Assembly: GCA_040954595.2 (NCBI GenBank) | Contig: CM082593.2 | Location: 9,681,200-9,745,199 of the forward strand | Length of the DNA stretch: 64,000 bases | Source of the DNA: Balanoglossus misakiensis | Lineage: Eukaryota > Animalia > Hemichordata | Reading direction: 5' to 3' | In this document: positions 48,742-61,739 of the stretch, one piece after another | How positions within the stretch are numbered: position 1 is the stretch's first letter | Layout: the number at the start of each line of letters is the position of its first letter | Notes under the pieces: generated by a model | The model's database searches: none | The model's input: the letters and a program-made list of their open reading frames with translations, nothing else | Told to the model about the DNA's origin: nothing | Position numbers and translations under genes: made by a program

Positions 48742-49574
48742 AGTAGAATATTGCCATGTTGATCTTCACTACAATATTAGTTAAAGTTATATAGCACTCT
48801 GTGATCAACGAGTTGAAAATACAGCATGAGCTGTAGTCCCCTTCATCAGCTGTACACGTAGAATGAACAGAGAAACAGAGAATCATGGGGTATTCAAAGT
48901 AGGAAATATGTGCAGGACCAGGTGCATCGATCAGAAATATTTCCTACAGTGGATTTTCTATCTGAGGATGGTGACTTCATGACCGCGATATTGTGCCCTT
49001 GAGCGAGGCACTTTACTTCTCATTGCTCTTGGGAGACTGGCTTTGTAGAGGTGATTTGCACCTGTTCTAGTCTTTCTACTAGACAAATTTTCTGTGTTTG
49101 CGATTGATGAATTACTGTCTAATGGGAAATTTTTGTAAACTTCGCGAGAACCAACAAATGCGAATTAAAAAGTCATATAAAAATGTTTTTCAGGGATATT
49201 GGTGCAGTTAGTGAAATATAAGAATGCAAAATTTAATTGTAGCATAACAGCTGTCTCTATTGATATTGCGAAAATTTCTTGTCACAGAAATTTCCCGTTT
49301 TACAGTTCATAAATAAATCAACTAGATCTTTTTACTGCAGATGCCACACCAACTAATCATCTGTTACCTGGACGACCAAGTCAAATTGGAAGTCAGTCTC
49401 CACAACAACTGTCATCCTCTCAACAGAAACTGATTCAACCAAGTCAGCCCCAGATGCAGGGCCAAGGTCAAAGGTCATCAATGCCTTTTGCCCAGCCTAC
49501 CAGTTTACCAAACCAACCAGTATCCACTGTCACAGCAAACAGGACTCAACAACCCAATGTGACTGTTTCAAGTA

Positions 49575-50763
49575 CAGTGGAACACCGATTATCCGAACCT
49601 GTTGGGCGGGTTAGATTTTGTTCGGATAATTGATTGTTCGGATAATCGATTTTGGCACGTCCGAACAAAGGAAATTGACCACACCATTGGGGCATGCATA
49701 TGTTACGATGTGTCCCACATGCACATGCATTTTCCATGCACTCACAAAAAGAAGTTAATATAAATAATAAAACACAATTCGTCTTCTTTTATATAAAAAA
49801 TACATATATTAAGAGTTCAAAAGGTTAAGAAAGAAAAAAAGACGAAGTCAAAGCTGCAATGTTCTGATTCGTTCAACATCGTATGTAGCCGGTCATCGTA
49901 CCAAACCATGAACGTGCGTAGGCCTTCCATGGCCACGGTAGATTTAGCTAGAGCTGGTGTCTCGTTCTCTTTATCGTCCTAATTTTTCATGCCATGAGTT
50001 TATTTCTGAGAAACAAAGTCGATGATTTCATCATACGTTAATGTTTCGAAGCTGTCATAGTTCTCGCTAGTCTCCAAATCGTCGATGTCAGTGACATTCA
50101 AACCAAGCAAAAGAAGCTCTCCGCACGAGGTCACTTCCGCAAGTGACGTCTTGGCTGTCATTCATATCGGCGCTGCCATGGTCACCGACGGCGACCCGAC
50201 ACGCCTTCACTGTGTCGCGGAATGAAGTCCATGCGTTTGAAAAGCCGTGTCTTTGATGTTGACACCTCGGACGATCTCCACCGTCTGCTCGCACGAGTCG
50301 AAGACGGGCGATCTCATCCAACCCATGGCTTTCATTTGTATTATCAACGACAGTGCTAAGCTTATTTCGGCGATAAATCTACTTCACACTATCAAAAAAT
50401 TGACCAAAGCCGTGCCGACGCGACAAGTGACTTTTCGTGTTTTACACTTGAGTGTGAAATCCTAGTGTCGAATGTTACGATACCCGAAAGTGTGACACTC
50501 TGTTGTCGTAAAATGATTGAAATATTCAATGATAAAGACATTTTTAACACGTCCCACCGCCCTTTACAACAGAAACAATTAGAACTGACCCAAGAAATCT
50601 GTCCGAAATGACAGTTTTCCTGCGGAAATATCACAGACCGCCGAGAAAACAGGTGCTTGGCATGGCTAATTAAATGTTCAGGGACCGTACCCGGGACCGT
50701 ACCAAAGCGTTCGGATAATCCGAAATTCGGATAATTGGTGTCCGGATAATCGGTGTTCCACTG
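49575..50763 (-). mobile_element. Tigger/pogo-like deletion derivative inserted in a MED25 pseudo-exon
   Basis: TA|CAGTGGAACACCGATTATCCG..CGGATAATCGGTGTTCCACTG|TA; empty site AAGTATCCCC in copy 1; decayed coding remnants (FETLTYDEIIDFV). Confidence 0.85.
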
Positions 50764-51090
50764 TATCCCCATGAGACAATTTTGTCCACCCAGGTACAGT
50801 TGTGGTCTACCTTCTACTTTTTGAGATTCAAATTAGCTGTTTCTAGTTACCCATCCTGTGAATTGAAAGCTTTTTATGACTGTATCGCATAGCCTTGTCT
50901 TACCATTGTCTACACAGTAGACTATTTATTTTCAAAACACATTCAAAACTTCTGTTTTGGTTGCAAAAAAGCCACTCTGTAAATGGAAAGACTCTTTGGA
51001 TAATGCCACAGACTCATTAATCAAATTCAAGTTTTAATGTGATTAATGTTGATAAGCCCTAAAACCTGATCCCTTCCAAATGTGAGTATG

Positions 51091-51286
51091 TGTGTTGAAA
51101 ATAGGACTTTGAGAGTTGTAAGCTCAACATCGATTCAATTTTGTTGAAAATAGGACTTTGAGAGTTGTAAGCTCAACATCGATTCAATTTTGTTGAAAAT
51201 AGGACTTTGAGAGTTGTAAGCTCAACATCGATTCAATTTTGTTGAAAATAGGACTTTGAGAGTTGTAAGCTCAACATCGATTCAAA
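51091..51286. repeat. 49-bp tandem repeat, 4 copies
   Basis: TGTTGAAAATAGGACTTTGAGAGTTGTAAGCTCAACATCGATTCAATTT; single copy at about 30820-30866. Confidence 0.95.
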
Positions 51287-52892
51287 AATTGAAGTCATGA
51301 ATTAAAAAATGTGTTTTTGAATACTGGTCTTGATAATGCTTCATATTAACTAGGTTTGTTACTCTTTTTGGACAGGCAACTTCACCACCAAAGATGACTT
51401 CCCAGCATGTGCCAGCTGCTGCACTGAAAGCCACAGAAGGTGTCATGCAAATGGCAAATGCTAGTCAGTTCAGTAAGATGCCACAAATTGCTGCTGTGAA
51501 TTCTATCAACTAACAGCCACAGCAGAGATGGCCAGGTACAGATTCAAAGCCACAACGAGGTAGGTACAGTCAAACCTGTCTACAGCGGCCAGTCAAGGGA
51601 CTTTCCTAAACTGGCATTTATAGACAGGTGGCTTCTATAGATAGGTCAGTTAATGTGCAATGTACATGTACATGAAATGAAACAAAGTTGCCACTATAAT
51701 AGAGGTGGCCACAAACACAGATTTGACTGTCATATATGTTATGTTGCCATGGCAGTCATTTACCATTAGTTTGAATATACTTTGCCAAAACCTGAGGAAA
51801 AAATATTCAAGTTCCCCTTTTCGTATTCCCCTATCAATGGTATAATACAACAGTGTCATGGTAAAATTTTGTGACATTTTTGCTAACTGCTAAAGCCCAA
51901 GTAACATTGTTTTTTTCAGTATTTTTCAGCGAAGGAATTAACCCTAGTTTCTTGTTCTGCTATGGATAGCTTTATGAAATGTTCAGTCTTTAGCTTCTAT
52001 ACAAAACTTGTACATGAGTAATGGCCATTGTGAATATTAAATGAACTCAGACGAGAATTCATTTTTCAACAATAACAATGCTGATCAATATATAAAACGC
52101 CTTTGTTTGAAAACCAAACTCTGAATAAATTCTTAATGTTTTACAGAGTAGAATAAAGCTGATATCCAAAGTTAAGGTTGAAGTTATTGACGTTTTAATA
52201 CTACTGTGTTTACTTATCAGCAGGTATGCAGTCAACGATGCGAACAGGAGTGCAGTCAACACAACCGACAGTACCTAATGTGAGCGACAGCAAAATCCAC
52301 CTGTCACCACTGGCACCAATGTTGTTCCAACTCTGACACAGCCACAAGTACATGTACAAAACCAGTCATTGGTATGTTATGTTATGAGCTGAGTTGTAAT
52401 ACCCATCTATCCCTTTTGCCTGGCAAGTGACAGTTTATCACTTTTCAGTATTTCAATGGAACTGTATTTGGATAATTTGTTACCTAACATGACATCAGAA
52501 GATGGCAGCTTGATGTCTTAACTGAGGACATTGGATGACCAGTAGATAAAGATTTTCTTTGATATCAATGACATCAGACGCAGTTCCGTTGGCATCAAAT
52601 TTCCAGCTGACGGGGAATTTCAGCAACGTGGTGCAAATGACGACTGTGCAGATGAATACCAAGATGCTGTTGAGGCACCATGCCTGATACATATTACCTG
52701 TCTGGTGGTTCTAAAGTATAAACACATCCGGAAAAAAATATTTTACGGGATACCAATTGCGACAAATTATTCCCATCTTGTTATAAATCTGAGCCCAGGT
52801 GTCTTTGGTGTGAGATTCCAGTAGTCAAGAGTAGGCTTACCTTGAATAATGTAATGCTTGTAAATAATTTCTAATTTCTTCTTACCCTCCAG

Positions 52893-55106
52893 ATATGAAT
52901 GTCACAGTGGTGGAAATGCGTGCCAACACTATTGTCAGAATACCCATGGTAGTTATCTCTGCGCTTGCAGACCAGGATTCTATCTGCTGGAGGATGGCTA
53001 TGCATGTGGCGGTATGTAACTGTGGATATTGATCTCTTCTGTGGCTACACTGTTTGGGGATTGTATATTGCTATGGTTACAATCAGCTAAACACACATCC
53101 TGTCAGTCCATTGCACACATTTTAAAATTTGAAATCAACCGCACACTCGTACTGAACACATGTTTGTTGAAATTGTATCTCAGAATTTTTCCATTTATAA
53201 TTATGCATAATATAAACAAATTAACAAATGTGAAATTTTATCTTTGAAAATTTGTTTGCAAGGGTGAAAAAGTAATCTGTTTTTTTAAAAATCAGACAAA
53301 GTTTTGCTGACAGGGTACACGAGTTTCAGGGGATTTTGTTAAAATGAGTACGGGCAAATCAACAGCTATCAATGGATGCACCACAGGAGTAGGTGTTGGT
53401 TCAAAACGCCTTTGGTACTTACAATCGTCCGGATCATATCAAAACGCGATGTGTTTGAATGCGACTGCATTTACTGACATCGAGAATGGCGGCCACATTG
53501 TGATGACCGCGTCGACCGATGCGCGCGATGAACGTACGTGACTGACCTCCCTTGTCATGATCTTGCGTGTTTTGATATCTGCACGTCATCTCTGACGCAT
53601 AAAGTAGTCGGAACAGCGAAAGGTTTTCACAAATTTTGTCAAAACTGCGTCGAAATGGCTTTCTGACATTGACTTCCGTGTCTACGCTGTGGACTCACTA
53701 AGTATGACTGTTCAATGACGTTTTATGAATGGACCAATCCGGTTACGTATGGTAATGCGTCCCGGGTCAAAAGTCAAGTATTGTACTTCGGCCAGTAAAA
53801 CTTGCAAGGGTTGTAGATTGCGGTGAATAAATATAAATAAATCGTGGAAAATTTGTATTAAAATCGTGATCTCTAAAAAAAGAGTGAGAACTTGATTTTG
53901 AGTGATATTGCAGTACAAAATTACAAAAAAATACTTTTTATTCCTTGGGGAAGTGTTAATTATTCAGAAAAAAAATATATTCTGAAATTTTCCAACTTCA
54001 GAATTTTTCCAACTGCAACAGAGGATATGATTATTTCATCAACTAACATGTAAAAGTTATTTAAAAAGTCAACTATGTCAATTAATGCATTATCTGGAAA
54101 GATACCTTTTACGTGTCATGAATTACTATAGTTAATATATAGATAAAGGCCTTCATGCAATATTACATACACCAACACTTCATTTTGCAGTACGTGAGCT
54201 GCGGTGTACTGGCTTTTGCACTTGTCTGAGCTGCAGAAAGTCTTATCATATTGAAATTTACAGAAGGCATTGTTCCCTGCTGTTTTAGAGCTGTGAGTTA
54301 ACTGCGTAGAGCTGCCGTTTGTCTACACAATGTTCTAAAAAAGCTGTCAAAGAGAATTTGGTCTGCTGCCAACAAATGACAGCTCAGAACAACAACTGCA
54401 GACCTGCAGATGAGCTGTGGATAGCTGACACAGCTCTAAATCAGAGCTGCAGCAGCTCTCTGCAGATCTGCAGGTTTGGTAAGGGATGTAGATGGTGAAA
54501 GGACATGACAAGACTCGAATCTGAATCAGAATATGAATCTTGGGCTGTGGAACGTGAAACGTGAAACTTGAAACGTGAATCTTGAATTAGGCTTACCCTA
54601 ATTTTTAATGGGTATATTCTTGATAACTCATCACCATGAATGATCATTTCAAAACTTAACAAGGCATATGGCTAAAGAGGATTCAGTGTTTGTGCACCTT
54701 CTATCTGCAATGCTGGATCTATTGACAGTTTTCAAAGGGGTTTAAAGACTCGTCTTTTTATTCAGTACTTTCTATTTCATTCCATTGCTTTTTTGGTTAA
54801 TAGGGACTGTCTTTCAGAACTCTTTGGTTTGTTTCGTGTTTTTAAGTGTAATTTATTATCCTTTAAGCTTTCACTTGTTTTCTAATTTTATTATTTTCTG
54901 TAGAAAATGCACTGAGATGTATGTGTATTATGTTTGTCAGGAAATAAATAATAATAAAATTAAAAATAATAAACTGTCTTTGATTTCAGATGTCAATGAA
55001 TGTATGGAGAGAGCAGATCTTTGTGAAGGCCAGTGTGTGAATACAGCAGGCTCTTTTTATTGCACTTGTGTTGTGGGATATTGATTGGTCAATTGAGAGT
55101 GTACAG
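52893..55106 (+). pseudogene. Two Ca-binding EGF-like pseudo-exons (52893-53011, 54990-55106), copy A
   Basis: ECHSGGNACQHYCQNTHGSYLCACRPGFYLLEDGYAC (4-nt deletion) and DVNECMERADLCEGQCVNTAGSFYCTCVVGY*LVN*ECT; phase-1 AG/GT borders. Confidence 0.85.
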
Positions 55107-55694
55107 GTAAGACCAGCACAATATGTGGGCAACGAAAGGTCCTGTATCTGTAACTTTTGAATTTTTATTCAATATTATTCTGGGTGTCACCCATCATTTC
55201 TTGTTCAGCTCGGTGAAGCTAGGTCTGTAACTTTTGAATTTTTATTCAATATTATTCTGGGTGTCACCCATCATTTCTTGTTCAGCTCGGTGAAGCTAGG
55301 TAAGCAATGTTGTTATTGTTTAAACATTGTATTCAAGCCTGGGTCTGGACTTGGATGCAATTTGTCAATAATAACAGTGATTGGTAACTGCATGTTTACA
55401 TAACTGGCTAACTGTTAAAAAGACCAGCTGTTCTATTTGGTGTGTGTACAGTACACATGCCATTGGCAGCTTATGGCTCAGTCAGTGTTTGCCTGTTGAT
55501 TTCTCTATGTGTGTGTGTCTGTCTGTCTGTATATGTACTCCGGTGTAGACTTTTTTATTGTGTTATCCCTGAATGGGACCACTGTGTCCTTAACACGATG
55601 TTTTACACTCAGCAGCGATATTTTGTCTAACACGAGTCAAAATATCCCCAACTCGTCTGAGAAATCTTATCCCAGGTCCTAAGGTTGTGAGACT

Positions 55695-56091
55695 AATAGA
55701 ATCTCACACTCCCAAGGACTTGGGATCATATTTCTCACATGTGTTGAGGATTTTCTGTCCCAAACAAGCTGCAGGCGAATGTGGGACAAGATATCCCCGA
55801 CGAGTGTGAGAAATACGATCCCAGGTCCTTGTTGTGTGAGATTATTTTTCTCACACGGTCACAAATTAGCCAAATTCGTTAAATAAATGACTCTTGAACT
55901 GTCATCTGGTACATTGTAGATTCAGTATCGCGTCATTGGATAACATTTAGCACATGTTGTTAAAGAACTCTTTGTCATCCAATCAGCGCTCGCATCATAT
56001 ACAGCTCTCGATTCAGTGAGAATGTGGGATTGATTTGTTCTCACACTCTGATCCAACACTCTCAGCATGCCAGGAGTGTGAGAATCTATTA
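55695..56091. mobile_element. Inverted copy of the GAGTGTGAGAA fold-back element at 21190-21573
   Basis: Reverse-complement homology, including the hairpin and the CCAATCAGCGCTCG segment. Confidence 0.5.
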
Positions 56092-57653
56092 CGAGTTTGA
56101 AATCTTAGGTGAAGAGTTTATCAATTTCACTGCCAACCCTGTAGGGCATTCTGGGATATGTGTTCATGCCAAAGCACAAACAGCCATGACCTGACAGCTC
56201 AGTTTGTAGATCATTTCTACAAATCCACAAAGAGACTCAAAGTTTAGAAATGTTGTGTCGGTTAGAAATATTAGACGTATCACTGTTAATACTTTATTTC
56301 AAAGCCATGTGAATTTGTTCACATTAGGGAAATTTTTTAAAGGAAGGGAGGATTGGTATTGACTTGAATAATTACAATGGATGTATTGTCCACCTCTATA
56401 TAGTGCCCACTTTATTCTAGTCCCTGTGTAATTTATATCTACATTAATTGACTTTTCTACCAGGTATAATGGCCACCTGTCTATAAAGGCCAGTTTAGGA
56501 AAGTCCCTTTACTAGCCATAATGGACAGGTTTGACTGCACTTGTGTTGATTTCTGTCTGTAATATGTGTAACACAATCATAAAATTTTTCATAAAGAGGG
56601 CACACTTCCAAAATAAGGTGTCATCTCCAAGCAGACAATGTGAAAAAGGAGGCCGGTAGGTTACAGAGTACTGCTCGAGCTCATCTACTTTGTTGTATAC
56701 ATGATACAAGTTGCGTGTAAAACTGACCTTACAATAAAATGTGGCTGTCGAAAGTCTGTCCCAACTATAGTGTTGATACACAAGACAAAGTTTTTACTCT
56801 TTGACCAACTGGCCTCATGTTTGCGTCTTGGAAGGGCACCCTCTTTATGAAAAAGGCATATGATATCACTACAAGGAATAAATTAACATGATAGAACATT
56901 GCTGATTAATGTCATAGATCATGATAACATGAATGCATAGCAATGTTTTGGTACAATTTGGTACATAAAGAAATGGACTACTGTGACAGTATTGACTCTG
57001 GGCACTACGTAGATGATTCCCAGCCTCAAAATTCTGACTTGCTTCACCGTTGGAAGAAGTCAGTTTTCAGGTTAACATGTATATTTGTACAGAGTGTGGC
57101 ATTAGTGAGTGGTTGCATCACATCAATGCATGACAAAAGGTCATCACTGTGTAAGACTCAGAAATAGAATTTGAATACAAATCCTATTAAACAAAATATT
57201 CTAAAATTTACATGTTATTTTAACACCTGTTTACTCCTATAAAAGTGAGTGCACGTGTTTTCGAGGTCTCTTCAATTCAGAAGCCACTGTGTAGGCCTTA
57301 GTTGGTGCATGCAGCTCGTAGACTTAGAAATTAAGTTTGGTTCAACTCAAACGCTTCAAGTCCAGTTGACCATCTCACACTTCTGACACTGGTGGGATTC
57401 AAAGGTGCCTAAAACCCCTTGACTGTAGGACACAAATGCCTGACAGTGATATAACTATGTTATAATGTTACATCGACAATACATACGTTTGGGGATATGT
57501 TGTCTCAAATGATCAAATTGAGACAAATTATCCCCATCTTGTTATAAATCTGAGCCCAGGTGTCTTTGGTGTGAGATTCCAGTAGTCAAGAGTAGGCTTA
57601 CCTTGAATAATGTAATGCTTGTAAATTATTTCGAATTTCTTCTTACCCTCCAG

Positions 57654-59479
57654 ATATGAATAAATGTCACAGTTGTGGAAATGCGTGTCAACACTATTGT
57701 CAGAATACCCATGGTAGTTATCTCTGCGCTTGCAGACAAGGCTTCAATGTGCTGGAGGATGGCCATGCATGTGCAGGTATGTAACTGTGGATATTGATCT
57801 CTTCTGTGGCTACACTGTTTGGGGATTGTATATTGCTATGGTTACAATCAGCTAAACTCACATCCTGTCAGTCCATTGCACACATTTTAAAATTTGAAAT
57901 CAACCGCACACTCGTACTGAACACATGTTTGTTGAAATTGTATCTCAGAATTTTTCCATTTATAATTATGCATAATATAAACAAATTAACAAATGTGAAA
58001 ACTTATCTTTGAAAATTTGTTTGCAAGGGTGAAAAAGTAATCTGTTGTTTTAAAAATCAGACAAAGTTTTGCTGACAGGGTACACGAGTTTCAGGGGATT
58101 TTGTTAAAATGAGAATGATAGAGAGTGTTAAAATTCCTAGATTCTGAGATTGCCATGGATATTGAGGACTTTGACGTAAAAACAATTAATTGATCAAGAA
58201 ATATGTGGTTAAGTATATGTGTGATCAACCTCACACTATACTATAAGACTGTCTGATATATTTATGCACAAGTACAATGTATTTTCACTACTTATATGCA
58301 TAACTCAATCAAATTAACATAATTTATCGACCTATAGCTAAATAAATTACCACAGCAAAGAATAAATATACACTTAGAAAATTCATATAGTTTTCATCTC
58401 ATTTTAAAGAAATTATAAATGCTTCTCCGAGGGGTACAATAATTTTTAGGGTAAGCCTAATTCAAGATTCACGTTTCAAGATTCACGTTTCATGTTCCAC
58501 AGCCCAAGATGCATATTCTGATTCAGATTCCAGTCTTGTCTAATATGTTTATGCTGCCGTAACCAGGGGTGTGAACGATTGTTTATTGTCCTCGATCCCC
58601 GCCCAAGCAAGGTTCCCCAAATATTGAAATTTACAGAAGGCATTGTTCCCTGCTGTTTTAGAGCTGTGAGTTAACTGCGTAGAGCTGCCGTTTGTCTACA
58701 CAATGTTCTAAAAAAGCTGTCAAAGAGAATTTGGTCTGCTGCCAACAAATGACAGCTCAGAACAACCATTGCAGACCTGCAGATGAGCTGTGGATAGCTG
58801 ACACAGCTCTAAATCAGAGCTGCAGCAGCTCTCTGCAGATCTGCAGGTTTGGTAAGGGATGTAGATGGCGAAAGGACGTGACAAGACTCGAATCTGAATC
58901 AGAATATGAATCTTGGGCTGTGGAACGTGAAACGTGAAACTTGAAACGTGAATCTTGAATTAGGCTTACCCTAATTTTTAATGGGTATATTCTTAATAAC
59001 TCATCACCATGAATGATCATTTCAAAACTTAACAAGGCATATGGCTAAAGAGGATTCAGTGTTTGTGCACCTTCTATCTGCAATGCTGGATCTATTGACA
59101 GTTTTCAAAGGGGTTTAAAGACTCGTCTTTTTATTCAGTACTTTCTATTTCATTCCATTGCTTTTTTGGTTAATAGGGACTGTCTTTCAGAACTCTTTGG
59201 TTTGTTTCGTGTTTTTAAGTGTAATTTATTATCCTTTAAGCTTTCACTTGTTTTCTAATTTTATTATTTTCTGTAGAGATTGCGCTGAGATGTATGTGTA
59301 TTATGTTTGTCAGGAAATAAATAATAATAAAATTAAAAATAATAAACTATCTTTGATTTCAGATGTCAATGAATGTATGGAGAGAGCAGATCTTTGTGAA
59401 GGCCAGTGTGTGAATACAGCAGGCTCTTTTTATTGCACTTGTGTTGTGGGATATTGATTGGTCAATTGAGAGTGTACAG
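57654..59479 (+). pseudogene. Ca-binding EGF-like exons, copy B (57654-57776 open, 59363-59479 with two stops)
   Basis: Duplicate of about 52760-55155; same TGA codons in the second exon. Confidence 0.85.
58447..58973. mobile_element. MITE with ~95-bp TIRs; only its right part survives in copy A (about 54250-54600)
   Basis: TAGGGTAAGCCTAATTCAAGATTCACG.. / ..CGTGAATCTTGAATTAGGCTTACCCTA; TSD ambiguous (A/T run). Confidence 0.7.
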
Positions 59480-59986
59480 GTAAGACCAGCACAATATGTG
59501 GGCAACGAAAGGTCCTGTATCTGTAACTTTTGAATTTCTATGGCATAAATACCATACCTTTGATCCAACCTATAGCCTAATATATCTCGCCCTCTAACGA
59601 CCGCTGAGATAAAAAACTTTCCCCTGATTACGTCATACTCACCGAGTACATATACCACCTGTCCAGCCGTGAATATTCAGTATTATTATCTCAGCACGAG
59701 ACAGCGGACATCTTCTCTCTTGAGGTGTTGGATTTTTGTCAAGAAGTGCTCAGCCCTTCGACCATTGCTGCTTTTCGCCTGAGGTTTTTCGATTGGGGAA
59801 GTAGATAAGTAACGACTTATTTTCTAAACTGCTTGCTTGTGTTATTTTGGCACTTGCAAAGTTTGTTTTTCGGATTTTTCCCACACGTGTACGGGTCAGT
59901 GTGTAGGGCTTCTGCGGTATTGTCTTTTCATATAGCCTTCAGAAGCCATTTTTGCCCGTGCATTTTTTCGTGTTTTCACTGGAACC

Positions 59987-61739
59987 ATGACGGAGAGAGT
60001 TTCTGACACCGCGTCGCGGTCGTCTTCTCGTACTCCTTCGGAAATAGAAGACTCTCAACTGCCTATTCCGGGTCAAGCTTTCCATTCAGCGCACTCTGAA
60101 GAGCCTGATGTTTTTTTCTGAGTTAGCTAGGGGGTCATCCCAAGATGGCGGCCATGCTTCTGCTAGGGCTTCGCTCGCTTCGAAGCGATCAAAGTTGGAT
60201 TCATCAGCTGCTAGGACGGTTGCAGAAACTCCTGTTTTGCCGGTTTCTTCCTTTTTGGATGCAGCAGTTCCGGGTCCGTCTCATTTGGGAGGTGTTTCAT
60301 CGGCGCAAACTGTTCAGTCAGGTGTTTGGCCGAATTATGCAGGTATGTCTTCTAGGTATTTTCATACGGTTCCTACCTCCGTCTTGGCTAATCCAGTGCT
60401 TTCGACGTCCATAGGTAGTGCCGGTAGTGTGTGGGGAGGGCTTCACGGCCCACCCCCTATGTGTGTACCAGACCAATTAGCTTCGGGAGTCGCTCAGGCT
60501 GGTGGGAATTTTCCCCCTCCGGGCTTCCAACAGTCGTGGGGTTTCCCATGGACTTGTCCTCCCTCTAATTTGGCGGCACCACTTCAGTCCACAAGCTGGG
60601 GTATGCCTGCTCAAGCTAATCGGGTCTCTGTGTTGGGCCAAAATCCTGTGCACAGTGGTCACACTGTCCCTGCCCCTCCTATTTCCTCCTTCGATGTTTC
60701 ACAATCGGAGTCAGAGGGGCATGATGAGGACGAAGACAATTTGTCCGATCAAGAGGAAACTAGTCGCGCCAGTCAATGGGCTGACGCGGTTATGCTAGTG
60801 TATAATACTGTACCCCCTGAGGAATGTCCCCCACCCACTGCTGAAGTGTCGGCAGAACAGCTGACGGCTTCTTTTGAACATGTGTTGGGTAAGGCAGCTG
60901 ATCCGGTACACCGAAAGCTACCTTTTATTCCTCGTCTGTCGTCTCTGATAGACACGGTACATGCCGAGATTAACGGCACCAGGGACTTTTGTTACACTGC
61001 TAACAAGAAACCTCGTTGTTACCCTCAAGGGATGTCAAGTCATGTTTTCCCATTGGTGTCTAGACCTCAGGGTAGTCGCGTGTTTGATCTTACACGTGGA
61101 CCATTCTACCACTCTGCACCAGCAGTTGATTAATCCGCAAAGCAGTTGGTAAGAAATAAAGAGGTTTTGAGGAATTATGTGATTAGGGCTGAGGATTTTG
61201 CCCGCTTAGAGGCAACTACTCGTCTTTTCGCAAGGATCTCTAATTGCACTTTTCTGTTACTCTCAGCTTTAAGCAGAGAGCTTAAACCCATGCAGGAGGG
61301 TGAATCTACTCCTCAGATAGCAGAAAATTGGCAGCATGCCAAATTGTTGTTAACTGAAGCTGCTAAGGCTGTGGTTTATCAAGCAGAATTGAATTCTCGT
61401 ATGGCAGCGTCTCAAGTGTTGATGACGCGTGACCATCTTATCAGTCATCTTCCTTTGGAAAGGGAGGCAGCTCGTACTGCCCGTCTTCTCCCATGGTCAG
61501 GTCCATTGGTTTTTAATGGGCAATTTGATGCTGTTCTTAGAACAAATGAGGAGTTGCTTAAGCAGAAGTTGGCTGTAGAACAGTTAGCAGTAGCACAAGC
61601 TCAGTCTTCTGTCTCTGGGTCAAAGTTCACCGGCAAACGGAAGTTTGCTAGGAAGAGACCATTTAACAAGCAAAGGAAGGGTCAGCCCTTTCGTCAGCAG
61701 ACTAAGCCCCCCAAAGTGGCTAGCAGCCAGCACAAGTGA
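59987..61739 (+). pseudogene. DIRS1 ORF1 (gag-like), frameshift in the T-run at about 60115 and in-frame TAA at 61131-61133
   Basis: ORFs 60108-61133 and 61146-61739 are in the same frame; ATG at 59987; basic C-terminal tail; position upstream of RT. Confidence 0.75.

Larger units (their letters stand above)
31419..51860 (+). repeat. Second unit of a tandem segmental duplication of about 25251-31418, expanded by TE insertions
   Basis: Junction GTGTCATGA|CCACACACAAC at about 31419 returns to the 25252 sequence; colinear intron and exon homology continues to GTGTCATG at about 51860. Confidence 0.85.
32309..52371 (+). pseudogene. MED25: MED25 partial pseudogene, copy 2 (exons ~32309-32420, 45893-46041, 46571-46765, 49341-50792 split by a TE, 51376-51559, probable extra exon ~52224-52371)
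   Basis: Same exon peptides, same frameshift and same TAA as copy 1; first acceptor lost by deletion; one exon interrupted by the Tigger-like element. Confidence 0.85.

Noticed and set aside
52495-52712. Minus-strand exon-like hydrophobic ORF
   Set aside because: Splice-like borders exist but no recognisable domain, and stops occur in all frames.
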